Assembly: GCA_038230515.1 (NCBI GenBank)
Contig: JBBRND010000001.1
Coordinates: forward strand, 88,464 to 152,463
Direction of reading: 5' to 3'
Origin: Bacteroidia bacterium
GTDB lineage: Bacteria > Bacteroidota > Bacteroidia > AKYH767-A > 2013-40CM-41-45
DNA: 64,000 nt
The notes beneath the pieces were generated by a model. The model ran no database searches and was not told the DNA's origin. It saw nothing but the letters and a program-made list of their open reading frames with translations. Positions 1 through 9,845 of the stretch are shown piece after piece. Position 1 is the first letter of the stretch. Each line of letters begins with the position of its first letter. The translations under genes were made by a program, and so were the position numbers.

Positions 1-512
1 CCGAAAACAATGGAATGGCTTTCGGGCTTGAGTTTGGTGGCTCGTTTGGAAAATTATTTTTGAGTGTGTTCCGCATTGCTCTAGTAACCGGTATTGGCTG
101 GTATTTGCGGTGGCTTATCAAATCAAAAGCAAGCATTGGCGCCATTACCTGTTTCTCTTTGATATTTGCTGGAGCTATCGGGAATATTATTGACAGCGCT
201 TTTTACGGAATGATTTTTTCTGACAGCGCTGATGGTATATCAACCATTTTTCCTGCGGCCAGTGGATATGCGGGGATTCTTCATGGTCGCGTTGTGGATA
301 TGTTGTACTTCCCGCTTTTGTCGGGTCAGTTTCCATCATGGGTTCCAGTGTGGGGCGGTGAATCGTTTTTGTTTTTTCGTCCTGTCTTCAACATTGCTGA
401 CTCAAGCATCAGCATTGGCGTAATGTTGCTGTTGATCTTTCAGAAAAAATTTTTCATACACCAAAATCCAGCGGCAAATACTGTGATGGCGGAAGAAAAT
501 TCTTTGGCTTAA
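1..512 (+). CDS. lspA: lipoprotein signal peptidase (signal peptidase II), 5' end cut by window edge
   Basis: Frame is open to the window edge. Motifs FAGAIGNIIDSAFYG, GRVVDMLYF and FNIADSSISIGV match the conserved Asn/Asp blocks of peptidase family A8. Hydrophobic segments are present. Confidence 0.8.
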   Translation, partial: ENNGMAFGLEFGGSFGKLFLSVFRIALVTGIGWYLRWLIKSKASIGAITCFSLIFAGAIGNIIDSAFYGMIFSDSADGISTIFPAASGYAGILHGRVVDMLYFPLLSGQFPSWVPVWGGESFLFFRPVFNIADSSISIGVMLLLIFQKKFFIHQNPAANTVMAEENSLA

Positions 513-1033
513 TGTGGCTTCTTCTTTTTTACTTCCGGAAAAGTTTTCGTCCACTTCACTTCGTTGGTTACATGAGTACCTTCTTCGTAAGTGTCGGCAA
601 GTTTGAACTGCAAATATTTGTCGGGAAACTCGTACTTGTATTCCATGCTTCCTGCTTTGCTGATCACTGCATCCGTCTTTGAATGTTCCTGAGTTTCAGG
701 AAAAGATATGGTATAGAAATAAACGCCCCTTACGTCTGTTACCACAAACTGTACATCGTACGATTCTCCTGTTAGGTTATAGGATTCATACTTGCCGTCT
801 TTTTTCATCACTGCCACTTTTGCGGCTTTGGGAAGCTTGATCACATCAAACAATGTGTCGTACTTATAGAATTCCTGGGTTGTACTAACCAACCAGATTC
901 CCTCGATGTCATCAAGCGAATCAAGATGCTTTGAAAAATATTCCTGGAACATAAATTCAGTTGTGAATTTTTGTGCTCGCGCACTAAAAGACGTTGTGAA
1001 AAACAACGTAAGAAAAAACAAGTTCCGTTTCAT
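509..1033 (-). CDS. hypothetical secreted protein
   Basis: 174-aa ORF with N-terminal signal peptide MKRNLFFLTLFFTTSFSARA. No domain recognised. Confidence 0.6.
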   Translation of the reverse strand: MKRNLFFLTLFFTTSFSARAQKFTTEFMFQEYFSKHLDSLDDIEGIWLVSTTQEFYKYDTLFDVIKLPKAAKVAVMKKDGKYESYNLTGESYDVQFVVTDVRGVYFYTISFPETQEHSKTDAVISKAGSMEYKYEFPDKYLQFKLADTYEEGTHVTNEVKWTKTFPEVKKKKPH

Positions 1034-1084
1034 GCAACGAAATTAGGAAATGCATGAATACAATTCAAGATTATTTTAGAGCAC

Positions 1085-2629
1085 TTAGTCTTCCTTCTTA
1101 TTCGGCATATCGCTTTTCACATCTACAGCGATGCGTTCCTCACGGTTTGCGAGTTCCCAGGCAGTGAGAAAAACAAGTTGCGTACGCTTAGTAAGAAGGT
1201 CAAATTGAATTTTATCAATCGTGTCGGTGGGCTTGTGGTAATCTGCATGTGTACCGTTGAAATAAAAAATGATTGGAATATTCTTCTTCGCAAAGTTGTA
1301 ATGATCGCTTCGGTAATAAAAACGATTCGCATCATCGGGCTGATTAAAAGTATAATCGAGTTCGAGTTTTGTAAAACAGGTATTCGCTTTCTCGTTGATT
1401 TGGTGAAGCGTTCTACTCAATTTATCCGAGCCGATGATATAAACATAATCGCGCACTAGAAGCGAATCATGTTTCTCGTCCGTTCTTCCAACCATGTCTG
1501 TGTTCAGGTCTGCAATTGTTTTGTCGAGAGGAACGAGAGGGTGCTTCACATAATATTTGCTGCCTAGTAATCCTTTTTCCTCTCCCGAAACCGTCATAAA
1601 TAAAATGCTTCTCCGCGGACGATTTCCTTCTTTTGTCGCCCGCGAAAATATTTTTGCCATTTCCATCACAGCTACTGTGCCGCTGCCATCATCATCCGCT
1701 CCGTGATAAATAAGCGAATCGCGTATTCCCAGATGATCGTAATGGGCGGTCAGAACAAGTACTTCTTCTTTTTTATCCGTCCCTTCTATAAAACCTACAA
1801 CGTTTTCCCCGCGAATGCAATCCGTGTTTTTTACGAAACTCAAGTGTGCTGGCAAGGCAGAAACAAAACTTTGTGGCTTTCCTTTTCGCAAAATTTTTCT
1901 TTCGGCTTTATCAAAAAAAGATTTTCTTTTTTCCGGAAAGAAAAAATTTGCCATTTCTTTTGTTACATAGGCAAATGGAATAGGGCTGTTCGCCATTTGA
2001 ATATTTCCATAAGACTCTTTTTCAATTATTTTTTCTAATGAATCAGTGATTACAATTGCAAGTGTTGCCCCACTATTTTTCGCGTTTATTAGTTTTTGAG
2101 GCAAGCTGATTTCGTTTTCTCCCAACAAAAATTTCCCCTTTCTATTTCTCGGCTCTCCATCAAAAAAAATTACGGCACGATTCTTTGCCGTTACTTTTTT
2201 ATAGTCATCATATTTTGCTTCGCTGATTCCGTATCCAACAAAAGCAATTGTGTCTAGCACATACAATGAATCATCAAATCCAGCCGGATAAAAATAATCA
2301 AGCATAAAAAGAAACTTTTTTTGGTTTACCTGAAAATTTTTTCCTTCATTAGCACGAGCACTTAATGATGTATGCTGAAAATATTCTCCATTAGAAACTG
2401 GCTTCAGCCCGAGTGCCTGAAATTGTTGTGCGATAAATTGTGCTGCTTTTTTCTGCCCCGGCTTTCCGGTTTCTCTTCCTTCGAGAGAATCAGAAGTAAG
2501 AACTTCAAGAAATAATCTCGTGTTCTCGGGGGTAATTTGAATTGCATAATGAATGGCGGTGGAATCTTGCGAGAATCCGTGTTGAATAGAAGAAATAAAA
2601 ACCGCGAGTAAAAAAATCAGTTTTTGCAT
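1085..2629 (-). CDS. M28 family metallopeptidase (aminopeptidase)
   Basis: Signal peptide present. AHYDHLG, ADDDGSGTVAVME and SGEEKGLLGS are metal-ligand blocks typical of peptidase M28. Confidence 0.85.
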   Translation of the reverse strand: MQKLIFLLAVFISSIQHGFSQDSTAIHYAIQITPENTRLFLEVLTSDSLEGRETGKPGQKKAAQFIAQQFQALGLKPVSNGEYFQHTSLSARANEGKNFQVNQKKFLFMLDYFYPAGFDDSLYVLDTIAFVGYGISEAKYDDYKKVTAKNRAVIFFDGEPRNRKGKFLLGENEISLPQKLINAKNSGATLAIVITDSLEKIIEKESYGNIQMANSPIPFAYVTKEMANFFFPEKRKSFFDKAERKILRKGKPQSFVSALPAHLSFVKNTDCIRGENVVGFIEGTDKKEEVLVLTAHYDHLGIRDSLIYHGADDDGSGTVAVMEMAKIFSRATKEGNRPRRSILFMTVSGEEKGLLGSKYYVKHPLVPLDKTIADLNTDMVGRTDEKHDSLLVRDYVYIIGSDKLSRTLHQINEKANTCFTKLELDYTFNQPDDANRFYYRSDHYNFAKKNIPIIFYFNGTHADYHKPTDTIDKIQFDLLTKRTQLVFLTAWELANREERIAVDVKSDMPNKKED

Positions 2630-2638
2630 TCAAAAAAA

Positions 2639-3082
2639 TTATTCAGCACGTTTTATCTTCTCTACCCGCTTAGCGTGTCTTCCTCCTTCAAATGAACTAT
2701 TTAGAAATGTCAACACAAATTGATTTGCTTCCTCCAAAGAAACAAAGCGCGCAGGAATACAAATCACATTTGCATTGTTGTGCTGCTTAGCAAGAGCCGC
2801 TACATCGTCTCTCCATGCAATGGCAGCTCTAACATGTGAATGTTTATTGGCTGTCATAGCTACTCCGTTCGCGCTACCGCACACAAGCACTCCAAGGTCG
2901 GTTTCTTTATTTTCCAATGAGTTTGCTACGGCATGTGCGAAGTCTGGATAATCAACCGAGTCGAGAGAAAAAGTTCCATAGTCCTTTACATCATATCCGT
3001 TTTCACGAAGCATTTTTACTATGGCTTTCTTGGTTTCAAAGCCCGCATGATCGCAGCCCGCGGCTATTTTGGGTTTACTCAT
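2639..3082 (-). CDS. rpiB: ribose-5-phosphate isomerase B
   Basis: 147 aa. N-terminal GCDHAGFETK and CGSANGVAMTANK are typical of the RpiB/LacAB family. Confidence 0.9.
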   Translation of the reverse strand: MSKPKIAAGCDHAGFETKKAIVKMLRENGYDVKDYGTFSLDSVDYPDFAHAVANSLENKETDLGVLVCGSANGVAMTANKHSHVRAAIAWRDDVAALAKQHNNANVICIPARFVSLEEANQFVLTFLNSSFEGGRHAKRVEKIKRAE

Positions 3083-3659
3083 GTTATAAACGTTTAATTT
3101 GTTGAGTTCAAAGGTATTGTTTTTGCTTTCAACAAGCGTTTTTCAAAAAACGCAATGTGTTTCAGTGTCAAATTCAGTTTGCTTATCAACAGATTTTCTG
3201 TTGATTAAATTATTTTCTGTTCCTAATTAGTTGTAAGTATAGATTGGATTGTTCATTACTTATTCTCCTTACAAACCCTTTTGTATCACACAAGAAAAAG
3301 ATTTAAAAAGTTCTTACGTGTTGTGAACAAAAATACGCGAGTAATGAACATTGTAAATAAAATTATTTTTCAACCGATAGTGTTATACACAACATGTTAA
3401 TTTCGCTTTATGTTTTACCATCTCAGTGTTTTACCGTTAATAACTCCGTTCATATCACAACATATAAAGTGGGTAACCCAAAAGTCAAGCAAAACGTAAC
3501 GAAGTTGCAAACAGTATAAACGGTATAGTAGTAATAGTAAATTTCTTTTAATAATAATTAATACTAATACAATTGTTGTTTGTTGGTGTGATCGGAAACT
3601 CCTGATGTGTTTCTGCGCAAAATTTATTCCGACATTTGCAGCCTATTTTAAAATGTCAG

Positions 3660-5219
3660 ATGAAAACAGGATTTTTTTTCAAGGGTGAAATGGCTTTCGC
3701 GAAGCAGTTGTTTTTTTCGATCTGCGTTTTGCTTTTTTCGCTTTTTGGTTTTTCGCAGATTCCACAAGACAGTTTGAAAAAAATTTATTATCCGTCCGGA
3801 AAACTTTCAAGCGAGGGAACAATGGTGAACGGAAAACCGGGCGGTTACTGGAAAAATTATTTTGAAAACGGCCAACTCAAGAGCGAAGGAAATAGAATTA
3901 ATTTGAAACTGGCAGGCACCTGGAAATTTTACAACGACAAGGGCGCAATGACTGCGGAGTACAATTATCGCGACGGAATAAAAGATGGTTTGCAAAAATA
4001 TTTTTACGAAAGCGGAAAACGTCAGAGCGAGGAAGTAGATTCGATGGCGGTGAAAAACGGGTTGCAAAAATTTTACAACGAAGATGAGAAACTTGTTAAA
4101 ACAATTCCATTCGTAAACGGAGTGGAACAAGGACTTGCGAAGGAGTACAGGGCGGATGGAACATTGATCACCATCATATCTTTCCGCAACGGATATTTTC
4201 AGAAGGAAGAAAAAATAAACCGCGTGGATAAACTTGGTTTAAAGCAGGGAATCTTCCGCGAGTACTATGAAAACGATTCGCCAAAATCAGAGGGCAATTT
4301 CAAAGATGACAAGAAAGATGGAATTTTTAAAGAGTATTCTGCTGATGGTCGTGTGATGAAAAAGGAAGAATACAGAGACGGAGAATTAGTTGTTGAGCAG
4401 AAAAAAGAGGAAGATAAATTTGAAGTGAAGCGGCAGTATTACAACACGGGCGTTACAAAGATAGTGGGTACTTACAAAAAAGGAATGCCCGAAGGAACAT
4501 TCAGGCAATACGATGAGCATGGAAATCTTGAAGGTGCCAAAGTTTACAAGGCAGGTCACGTTTTGCGCGAAGGAAAATATGACGGACAAGGCAGAGAGCA
4601 AGGACAGTGGAGAGAGTTTTATGAAAGTGGTACTCAGAAATCAATAGGAATATATGTGGATGGCAAGCGAGAAGGGGAATGGAAGTTTTCTCATGAGAAT
4701 GATTCGCTTGAGCAGATCGGCACATACATAAAGGGCAAACCCAACGGACCATGGAAGTGGTATTATCCAGATGGCGCTTTGCGCAGAGATGAAATTTACA
4801 CAAATGGAAAGGAGAATGGTTATATGAAAGAATATGATGAGGCCGGAAACGCCATTGCCGAAGGAAATTATGTTGACGGAAAACAGGATGGCGATTGGAA
4901 ATATAAAATTAACGGATACTCTGCTTCGGGAAAATTTGTTGATGGAAAAGAAGACGGCAATTGGAAACAATTTTACGATGACGGAAAACCCGCGTTTGAA
5001 GGAGAATATCTGGAAGGAGAAGAAACCGGAGAGCACAAATATTTTTATCCGAACGGGCGTATTAGCGAGATTCGCAACTATCGTCTCGGAGTTCCTGATG
5101 GAGTGTGGAAAAAATTTGATGATGGCGGAGCACATATTTTGCAAATCACTTATCAGGCGGGAGAAGAAAAAAAATGGGACGAAACAAATGTTCCCGAAGG
5201 AGACGAATCGGCTAATTAG
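3660..5219 (+). CDS. MORN-variant repeat protein (YwqK-like)
   Basis: About 20 repeats of G-x-W-K-x-[YF]-[YF]-x-[ND]-G-x-x-x-x-E-G. Signal-like N-terminus. Start taken at ATG 3660, because the track start TTG 3636 lies inside a -7-like box GACATTTG. ATG 3690 is also possible. Confidence 0.8.
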   Translation: MKTGFFFKGEMAFAKQLFFSICVLLFSLFGFSQIPQDSLKKIYYPSGKLSSEGTMVNGKPGGYWKNYFENGQLKSEGNRINLKLAGTWKFYNDKGAMTAEYNYRDGIKDGLQKYFYESGKRQSEEVDSMAVKNGLQKFYNEDEKLVKTIPFVNGVEQGLAKEYRADGTLITIISFRNGYFQKEEKINRVDKLGLKQGIFREYYENDSPKSEGNFKDDKKDGIFKEYSADGRVMKKEEYRDGELVVEQKKEEDKFEVKRQYYNTGVTKIVGTYKKGMPEGTFRQYDEHGNLEGAKVYKAGHVLREGKYDGQGREQGQWREFYESGTQKSIGIYVDGKREGEWKFSHENDSLEQIGTYIKGKPNGPWKWYYPDGALRRDEIYTNGKENGYMKEYDEAGNAIAEGNYVDGKQDGDWKYKINGYSASGKFVDGKEDGNWKQFYDDGKPAFEGEYLEGEETGEHKYFYPNGRISEIRNYRLGVPDGVWKKFDDGGAHILQITYQAGEEKKWDETNVPEGDESAN

Positions 5220-5277
5220 AAAAGCAGACTTGCTGTTAGTGGGGTGTTTAATGCGAAATATGAATGACGTAATTTTT

Positions 5278-6657
5278 TCATCTACCCATCAGTTCTTTCC
5301 ACATCTCATTGAAGGATTTCGGAGCAACCCTTGGAAGGGTTCTCTTATCTCCCCATTGTGTCTTAAAAAAATTCTGAAGCATAAAATTTTTTGCGTTTGC
5401 TCCGCCACGGTTCATAAACTTGCGGCTGAGCATAGCCTTTTTCCAAACACCGAAAATAAATTTTTCGCCTTTGGAATTTAACTTCTGCTCTACGGAGTCG
5501 CGCCTGTTTAAGAGAAGAAGTTTGTGCAGTTCAATTTTAACCGGACATACCTCAGTACATTTTCCGCAGAGAGAAGAAGCATAACTCAAGTGCTTGAATT
5601 CTTTCATGCCTTCGAGATGCGGAGTGATGACAGAACCGATTGGGCCGCTGTAAGTAGAGGCGTAAGCATGTCCCCCAACACCCTTATAGATAGGGCAACC
5701 ATTCAAACATGCACCGCAACGAATGCAGCTCAGTGCCTGCCGCTGTTCCTGCTGTGCAAGTAAGTTTGTGCGACCGTTGTCAAGCAGGATTACATAAAAT
5801 TCTTCGGGACCATCGTGTTCATCACTTTGGCGCGGACCGGTAGTAATAGAATTATACACTGTAATGTTTTGACCTGTGCCGTGGGTAGCAAGCAAGGGCC
5901 AGAACAAATCAAGATCAATAAGCGAGGGAATTATTTTTTCAATGCCCGCAATTGCAATCTGAACTTTTGGAAACGCGATGCTCATAAGCGCATTGCCTTC
6001 ATTTTCTGTAACGGCAACACCTCCGCAATCGGCAATTAAAAAGTTAGCACCCGTTATTCCCGCATCTGCACTTTGATATTTTTCGCGCAGCAACTTGCGC
6101 ACGTATGCGGTAATTTCTTTTGGAGTGCTTTCAATGGGAAGATCAAATTTCTCGTGGAAGGTTTTTGCAACATCTTCTTTAGAGAGATGCATTGCAGGAG
6201 TTACAATATGATAGGGATGTTCTCCACGAAGTTGCACAATGTATTCGCCCAAATCTGTTTCAAGTGACTCTATTCCTTCTTGCTGGAGCCGCTCATTCAG
6301 TTTGATTTCTTCCGTGGTCATGCTCTTTGCTTTTACCACTGTGCGGGCATTTACGCGCTTCAGAATTTTTACCACTTCGTCCATTGCTTCTTTTGCATCC
6401 TGAGCCCATAGAACTTTTCCGCCACGCCTGGTAACGTTCTGCTCGAACTCGCTCAACATTTTGTCGAGGTTTTCGATGGCTTTCCATTTTAGGTTTGCTG
6501 CGCGCTGCTTAGCAAGTTCCAGGTCGGCATATTGATGCTTGCCGTGCTCTACTTTTTTATCGTACTGCGCAATGTTGAACTCGAGCTTGCGCCTGTGTTC
6601 TTTATCGAACACAATGGTTTCTGCATCTTCTAAAAATTTTTCGGATTGTTCGCTCAT
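5278..6657 (-). CDS. lutB: LUD-domain iron-sulfur protein (lactate utilization protein B-like)
   Basis: Two 4Fe-4S motifs, CIRCGACLNGCP and CGKCTEVCP, lie downstream of a LUD-type domain. Start set at ATG 6657 (MSEQSEKF); the upstream extension runs into the repeat array. Confidence 0.8.
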   Translation of the reverse strand: MSEQSEKFLEDAETIVFDKEHRRKLEFNIAQYDKKVEHGKHQYADLELAKQRAANLKWKAIENLDKMLSEFEQNVTRRGGKVLWAQDAKEAMDEVVKILKRVNARTVVKAKSMTTEEIKLNERLQQEGIESLETDLGEYIVQLRGEHPYHIVTPAMHLSKEDVAKTFHEKFDLPIESTPKEITAYVRKLLREKYQSADAGITGANFLIADCGGVAVTENEGNALMSIAFPKVQIAIAGIEKIIPSLIDLDLFWPLLATHGTGQNITVYNSITTGPRQSDEHDGPEEFYVILLDNGRTNLLAQQEQRQALSCIRCGACLNGCPIYKGVGGHAYASTYSGPIGSVITPHLEGMKEFKHLSYASSLCGKCTEVCPVKIELHKLLLLNRRDSVEQKLNSKGEKFIFGVWKKAMLSRKFMNRGGANAKNFMLQNFFKTQWGDKRTLPRVAPKSFNEMWKELMGR

Positions 6658-6697
6658 TTTTCGTGGGCGAAAGTAAGGAAGTTTGTTTTGGGTTCGT

Positions 6698-6991
6698 AGA
6701 GTTCTGCTGATTTTGCGCAATGGATTGCGTTTTCCGGTTGCGTTTTGTGCGGATGGTTATGATTTTCTTCCGGAGGACAGTGTCTTTTATCCGGAGGGTC
6801 GTGATTTTCTTCGGGTGTGCTTTGTTTTTCGGTCGGAGAGATCTGTCTTTCTTCCGGAATGCGTTGTCTTCTGCCAGAATTGCTTTGTGTTTTACATAAT
6901 TGACAGTTTCTTTTGTCCGGAACGCTTTGATTTTCTTCCGGAGTGGTGTGATTTTCTTCCGGAACGCCATGTCTTATTGCGTGTTTGAAGA
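6698..6991. repeat. 21-bp phased array A (about 13 units, consensus GATTTTCTTCCGGA-N7)
   Basis: Units start at 6719, 6740, 6761, 6782, 6803, 6824, 6845, 6866, 6887, 6908, 6929, 6950 and 6971. Each carries a T3-5 tract and most carry a CCGGA core at a fixed offset. Confidence 0.85.
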
Positions 6992-7323
6992 AGTGTAAGT
7001 ATAAGAGAGAAATTTGTGTAACTTTTTTTCAGGTGCAAATTTTGCCGGAAATTGTGGGTTTGTGATTTGAAAGGTAAAGATTTTAGCTTTTTTTGGGCTG
7101 TTTGAAATGTTGCGATGAAACCGGGCGGTATAAAAATTAGCCCCGACAGGAGCGGCATCCTTTTTTTACCAAATTTTAAAATAAGAAAGAAAAAAAGATA
7201 TAGCGGATGGCGGGAGGGGTGGTGATTAGACGCGATGCATTTTCGCTCCAAAAAAAATTTAATGTTGACTTTGGTATATTGCCCGGGTATTTGATACAGC
7301 AGGGGGGCGTTTGGTAAGAGTGG

Positions 7324-8373
7324 TTATCTTGGGAAAATCCACCCTTCTTTATTGAGGGCTTTCATGCGGTTGAGTTCGGTGAATGCTTCTTCCCGCGAAG
7401 CAAAGCCCTCGTAACAAACGAGCTTGAGCCCTTCGCTGTTTTCAATAATGTGTGCATTGAGAAAGCCCTGCCGTTTTAGTTCGGTTTCTTTTTTAGCTGC
7501 GTTTGCAGCGGTTTTAAATGCGCCTGCAATGATGAAAAAATTTTGTGATGAAGTTTTTTTGCTGACGGCTTTATCCAGTTTACTCATGGATGAAGCTGCG
7601 CTTTGTATTGATATGGCAATGGGGGTGGTTTGTTTTACAAAAACGGTTTCTGTTTTGGCTGTTGCGGGTTGTGTGTATATTTCTGATTTGGTGATGGCGG
7701 GTGCGACCGGAGTGATGGGTTGTTGTTTTGTATAAAATGAAAACGGGTTGAGCGAAGCGAGATTTATTTTGGCTGGGGCTACGATGTAAATATTGAGCAT
7801 GAACCAAAGGACACTTCCGGTAAGCAGGAGGGTGTTTACCATATTGAGCCGAATTTTTTTTCGGGCAAAGGCGTTTCGTGGCTGCGACTGAGATGGGCGG
7901 AGTGAAATAAAATCGCGCAGTTGCTTTTCTACTTCCTGTTCAAAATCGCTGTGCAGCACGGGCATGAATTGGATTTGCGAAAGTCCGAAGGAATCTTTCA
8001 GGTAATTTATATTTTTAAATGGCTCGAACTGTAAGTTGCGCTCAACATCTCGCTTGAGTGTGCCTACCTTTTCGATGATAATTTTTTTTCCGGCATTGAG
8101 ATCGCGATGGCATAACTCGACATATTCTTCAATCTCACGGATTGCCTGCGGATAAGTGATATGGTCTTGCTGCGAGATATGATTTGCGAGCAAACCATCA
8201 TTCTGTTTGAGAAAAACATTGAAGCCGACTTTTTTTGACGGTGGAGAAAGTGTGTGCTGGGTAGGATGAATGTGCGAATGAGAATAGGAGGTTAGGAACC
8301 CGCCAAGCTCTGGTACGATTACGCATTGATGGTCGTACAACAATTCGCTGATGTGTTTATCGAACGTAGGCAC
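7324..8373 (-). CDS. HU-like (HU-CCDC81) plus SPOR domain protein
   Basis: N-terminus LLYDHQCVIVPELGGF, one TM segment, and a C-terminal SPOR-like block FFIIAGAFKTAANAAKKETELKRQGF... Confidence 0.75.
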   Translation of the reverse strand: MPTFDKHISELLYDHQCVIVPELGGFLTSYSHSHIHPTQHTLSPPSKKVGFNVFLKQNDGLLANHISQQDHITYPQAIREIEEYVELCHRDLNAGKKIIIEKVGTLKRDVERNLQFEPFKNINYLKDSFGLSQIQFMPVLHSDFEQEVEKQLRDFISLRPSQSQPRNAFARKKIRLNMVNTLLLTGSVLWFMLNIYIVAPAKINLASLNPFSFYTKQQPITPVAPAITKSEIYTQPATAKTETVFVKQTTPIAISIQSAASSMSKLDKAVSKKTSSQNFFIIAGAFKTAANAAKKETELKRQGFLNAHIIENSEGLKLVCYEGFASREEAFTELNRMKALNKEGWIFPR

Positions 8374-8494
8374 TGCAAAAGTTTATGGTGGCTAATTTAA
8401 ATGAAAACGAAAAGGAGGGAACTGATAGTGGAGAAAAGTTATGAAGGCGCGCGGCTTGAATTATAAACAAAAAGAGTTCTGCTGCGGGATTTTT

Positions 8495-8944
8495 TTATCC
8501 TCTCAACTTATCAAGAAGAGAATTCAATATTTCGGTTTCTTTTGGAGAAAGTTTTGCGGAATGATTTTCAAATTCTTTGTCGCGCTTATCGAGGTCGCTT
8601 AAAACCTTTAGTCCTTTTGGGGAGATAAGCACATCAACATGCCTGCGGTCTTGTTTGTTGGTGTGGCGCTCTACTAATTTTTTTTCTAAAAGTTTATCAA
8701 CGATTCGCGAAGCATCACTCATCTTGTCGAGCATTCGTTCTTTTATAAGCTTGATAGAGGTTGGTTTGGGGCTTTGACCGCGGAGAATACGAAGAACGTT
8801 GAATTGTTGAGTGGTGATGCCGTGTTCTTTAAAAATTTTTGTGTGAAGCGCGCTTAACCAACCATGCGTGTAAAGAATGTTCACGGCAACCTTATGTCGT
8901 TCATTCCGGAATTTTTGTTGCGCGATTTCGTCTTCCAACTTCAT
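8495..8944 (-). CDS. MarR family transcriptional regulator
   Basis: 149 aa with a winged-HTH core (TTQQFNVLRIL...LDKMSDASRIVDKLLEKKLVER..DRR). Confidence 0.85.
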   Translation of the reverse strand: MKLEDEIAQQKFRNERHKVAVNILYTHGWLSALHTKIFKEHGITTQQFNVLRILRGQSPKPTSIKLIKERMLDKMSDASRIVDKLLEKKLVERHTNKQDRRHVDVLISPKGLKVLSDLDKRDKEFENHSAKLSPKETEILNSLLDKLRG

Positions 8945-9010
8945 AAGGAAATGCCTTTGTTAGGGGGATACGAATGTACAAATGTTTTTGAACCAGCAAA
9001 AAGTGGGTGG

Positions 9011-9613
9011 TTACTCTCCTTTTGTTTCTACAAAAAGCGAACTGGGATTTCCGAATTTTTGTTCGAAGACAAGTTCGCTTAGTTCCTTACGATACCGAGG
9101 CATTGTTTCGCGCTCACGTAAATTTTCAGGAAGCGATTCATGATTGCCTGGGTAGCCACCAACGATGATGCTTATTACTTCGTACTCCACAGGCACTTCA
9201 AAGAGAATGCGGACATTCTCATAATTAATTCCTCCCATCTGGTGAAGAAAAATTCCCATTGAGGTTGCCTGCAATAGAAGGTTGCCGATGGAAAGACCGA
9301 CATCATGTTGCGAATGTGTGTTGGGAGAAGGATGTGAGCTGAAATTTTTTTTCGCAAGAACGATAATGAGAATTGCGCCATGCTGCGCCCAGATATGATT
9401 GTTTTCGCTGAGGCAGGAAAGTGTGCGCTGAAAATTTTCTTTGTCTTCTTTTCTTGCAACAATAAATCTCCACGGCTGCTCGTTGCGTGAAGAAGGTGCC
9501 CAGCGCGCGGCTTCAAAAATTTTGACGAGCGATTCATCATCAATACTTTTTTCGCTGAACGCGCGGATGCTTTTGCGGGAAGAAATTAATTCATGAATTT
9601 CGTTTCTATTCAT
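9011..9613 (-). CDS. nitroreductase family protein
   Basis: RKSIRAF near the N-terminus, APSSRNEQPWRF, and a length of 200 aa. Confidence 0.85.
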   Translation of the reverse strand: MNRNEIHELISSRKSIRAFSEKSIDDESLVKIFEAARWAPSSRNEQPWRFIVARKEDKENFQRTLSCLSENNHIWAQHGAILIIVLAKKNFSSHPSPNTHSQHDVGLSIGNLLLQATSMGIFLHQMGGINYENVRILFEVPVEYEVISIIVGGYPGNHESLPENLRERETMPRYRKELSELVFEQKFGNPSSLFVETKGE

Positions 9614-9845
9614 TGTGGTTTTCTTTTTCGTTATTCATTGTAAAGCTCAATGCACCTGAAGGGCATTTTTTTATTTGATCAACGATTTGTGGTGTATCAG
9701 CTTCTTCGGGTGAAATCCACGGCTGCACCCTGGGATCGAACACCTGCGGTAACCCGCTAAAACAAATTCCGGAATGAATGCAGATATGCGGTTTCCATAC
9801 GATGGTAACTTCACCGTTGCTGTATTGTTTTGTAATCGCTTTCAT
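9606..9845 (-). CDS. small (4Fe-4S)-binding protein (divergent mono-cluster type)
   Basis: 79 aa with CIHSGIC...GLPQVFD...KKCPSGAL. Overlaps its neighbours by 8 nt and 1 nt, suggesting operon coupling. Confidence 0.7.
   Translation of the reverse strand: MKAITKQYSNGEVTIVWKPHICIHSGICFSGLPQVFDPRVQPWISPEEADTPQIVDQIKKCPSGALSFTMNNEKENHNE

Noticed and set aside
4641-5144. Long antisense or alternate-frame ORFs inside well-supported genes (for example 4641-5144, 13015-13278, 23499-23987, 30674-31318, 37566-37964, 59403-59948, 60832-61254).
   Set aside because: They are shadow ORFs of strongly supported genes on the other strand or frame. Their composition is Cys/Phe/Ile-rich and low in complexity, and they show no motifs.
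6602-7251. Multi-frame ORFs over the periodic arrays (6602-6970, 6683-6988, 6892-7251; likewise 16778-17103, 26533-27042, 36981-37304, 56183-56442, 59921-60127) as real heptad-repeat proteins.
   Set aside because: They are open on both strands or in several frames simply because a stop-free 21/42-bp unit is repeated. They mostly start at non-ATG codons, lack signal or domain features, and overlap each other. They were not annotated as CDS. Proteomics could overturn this.
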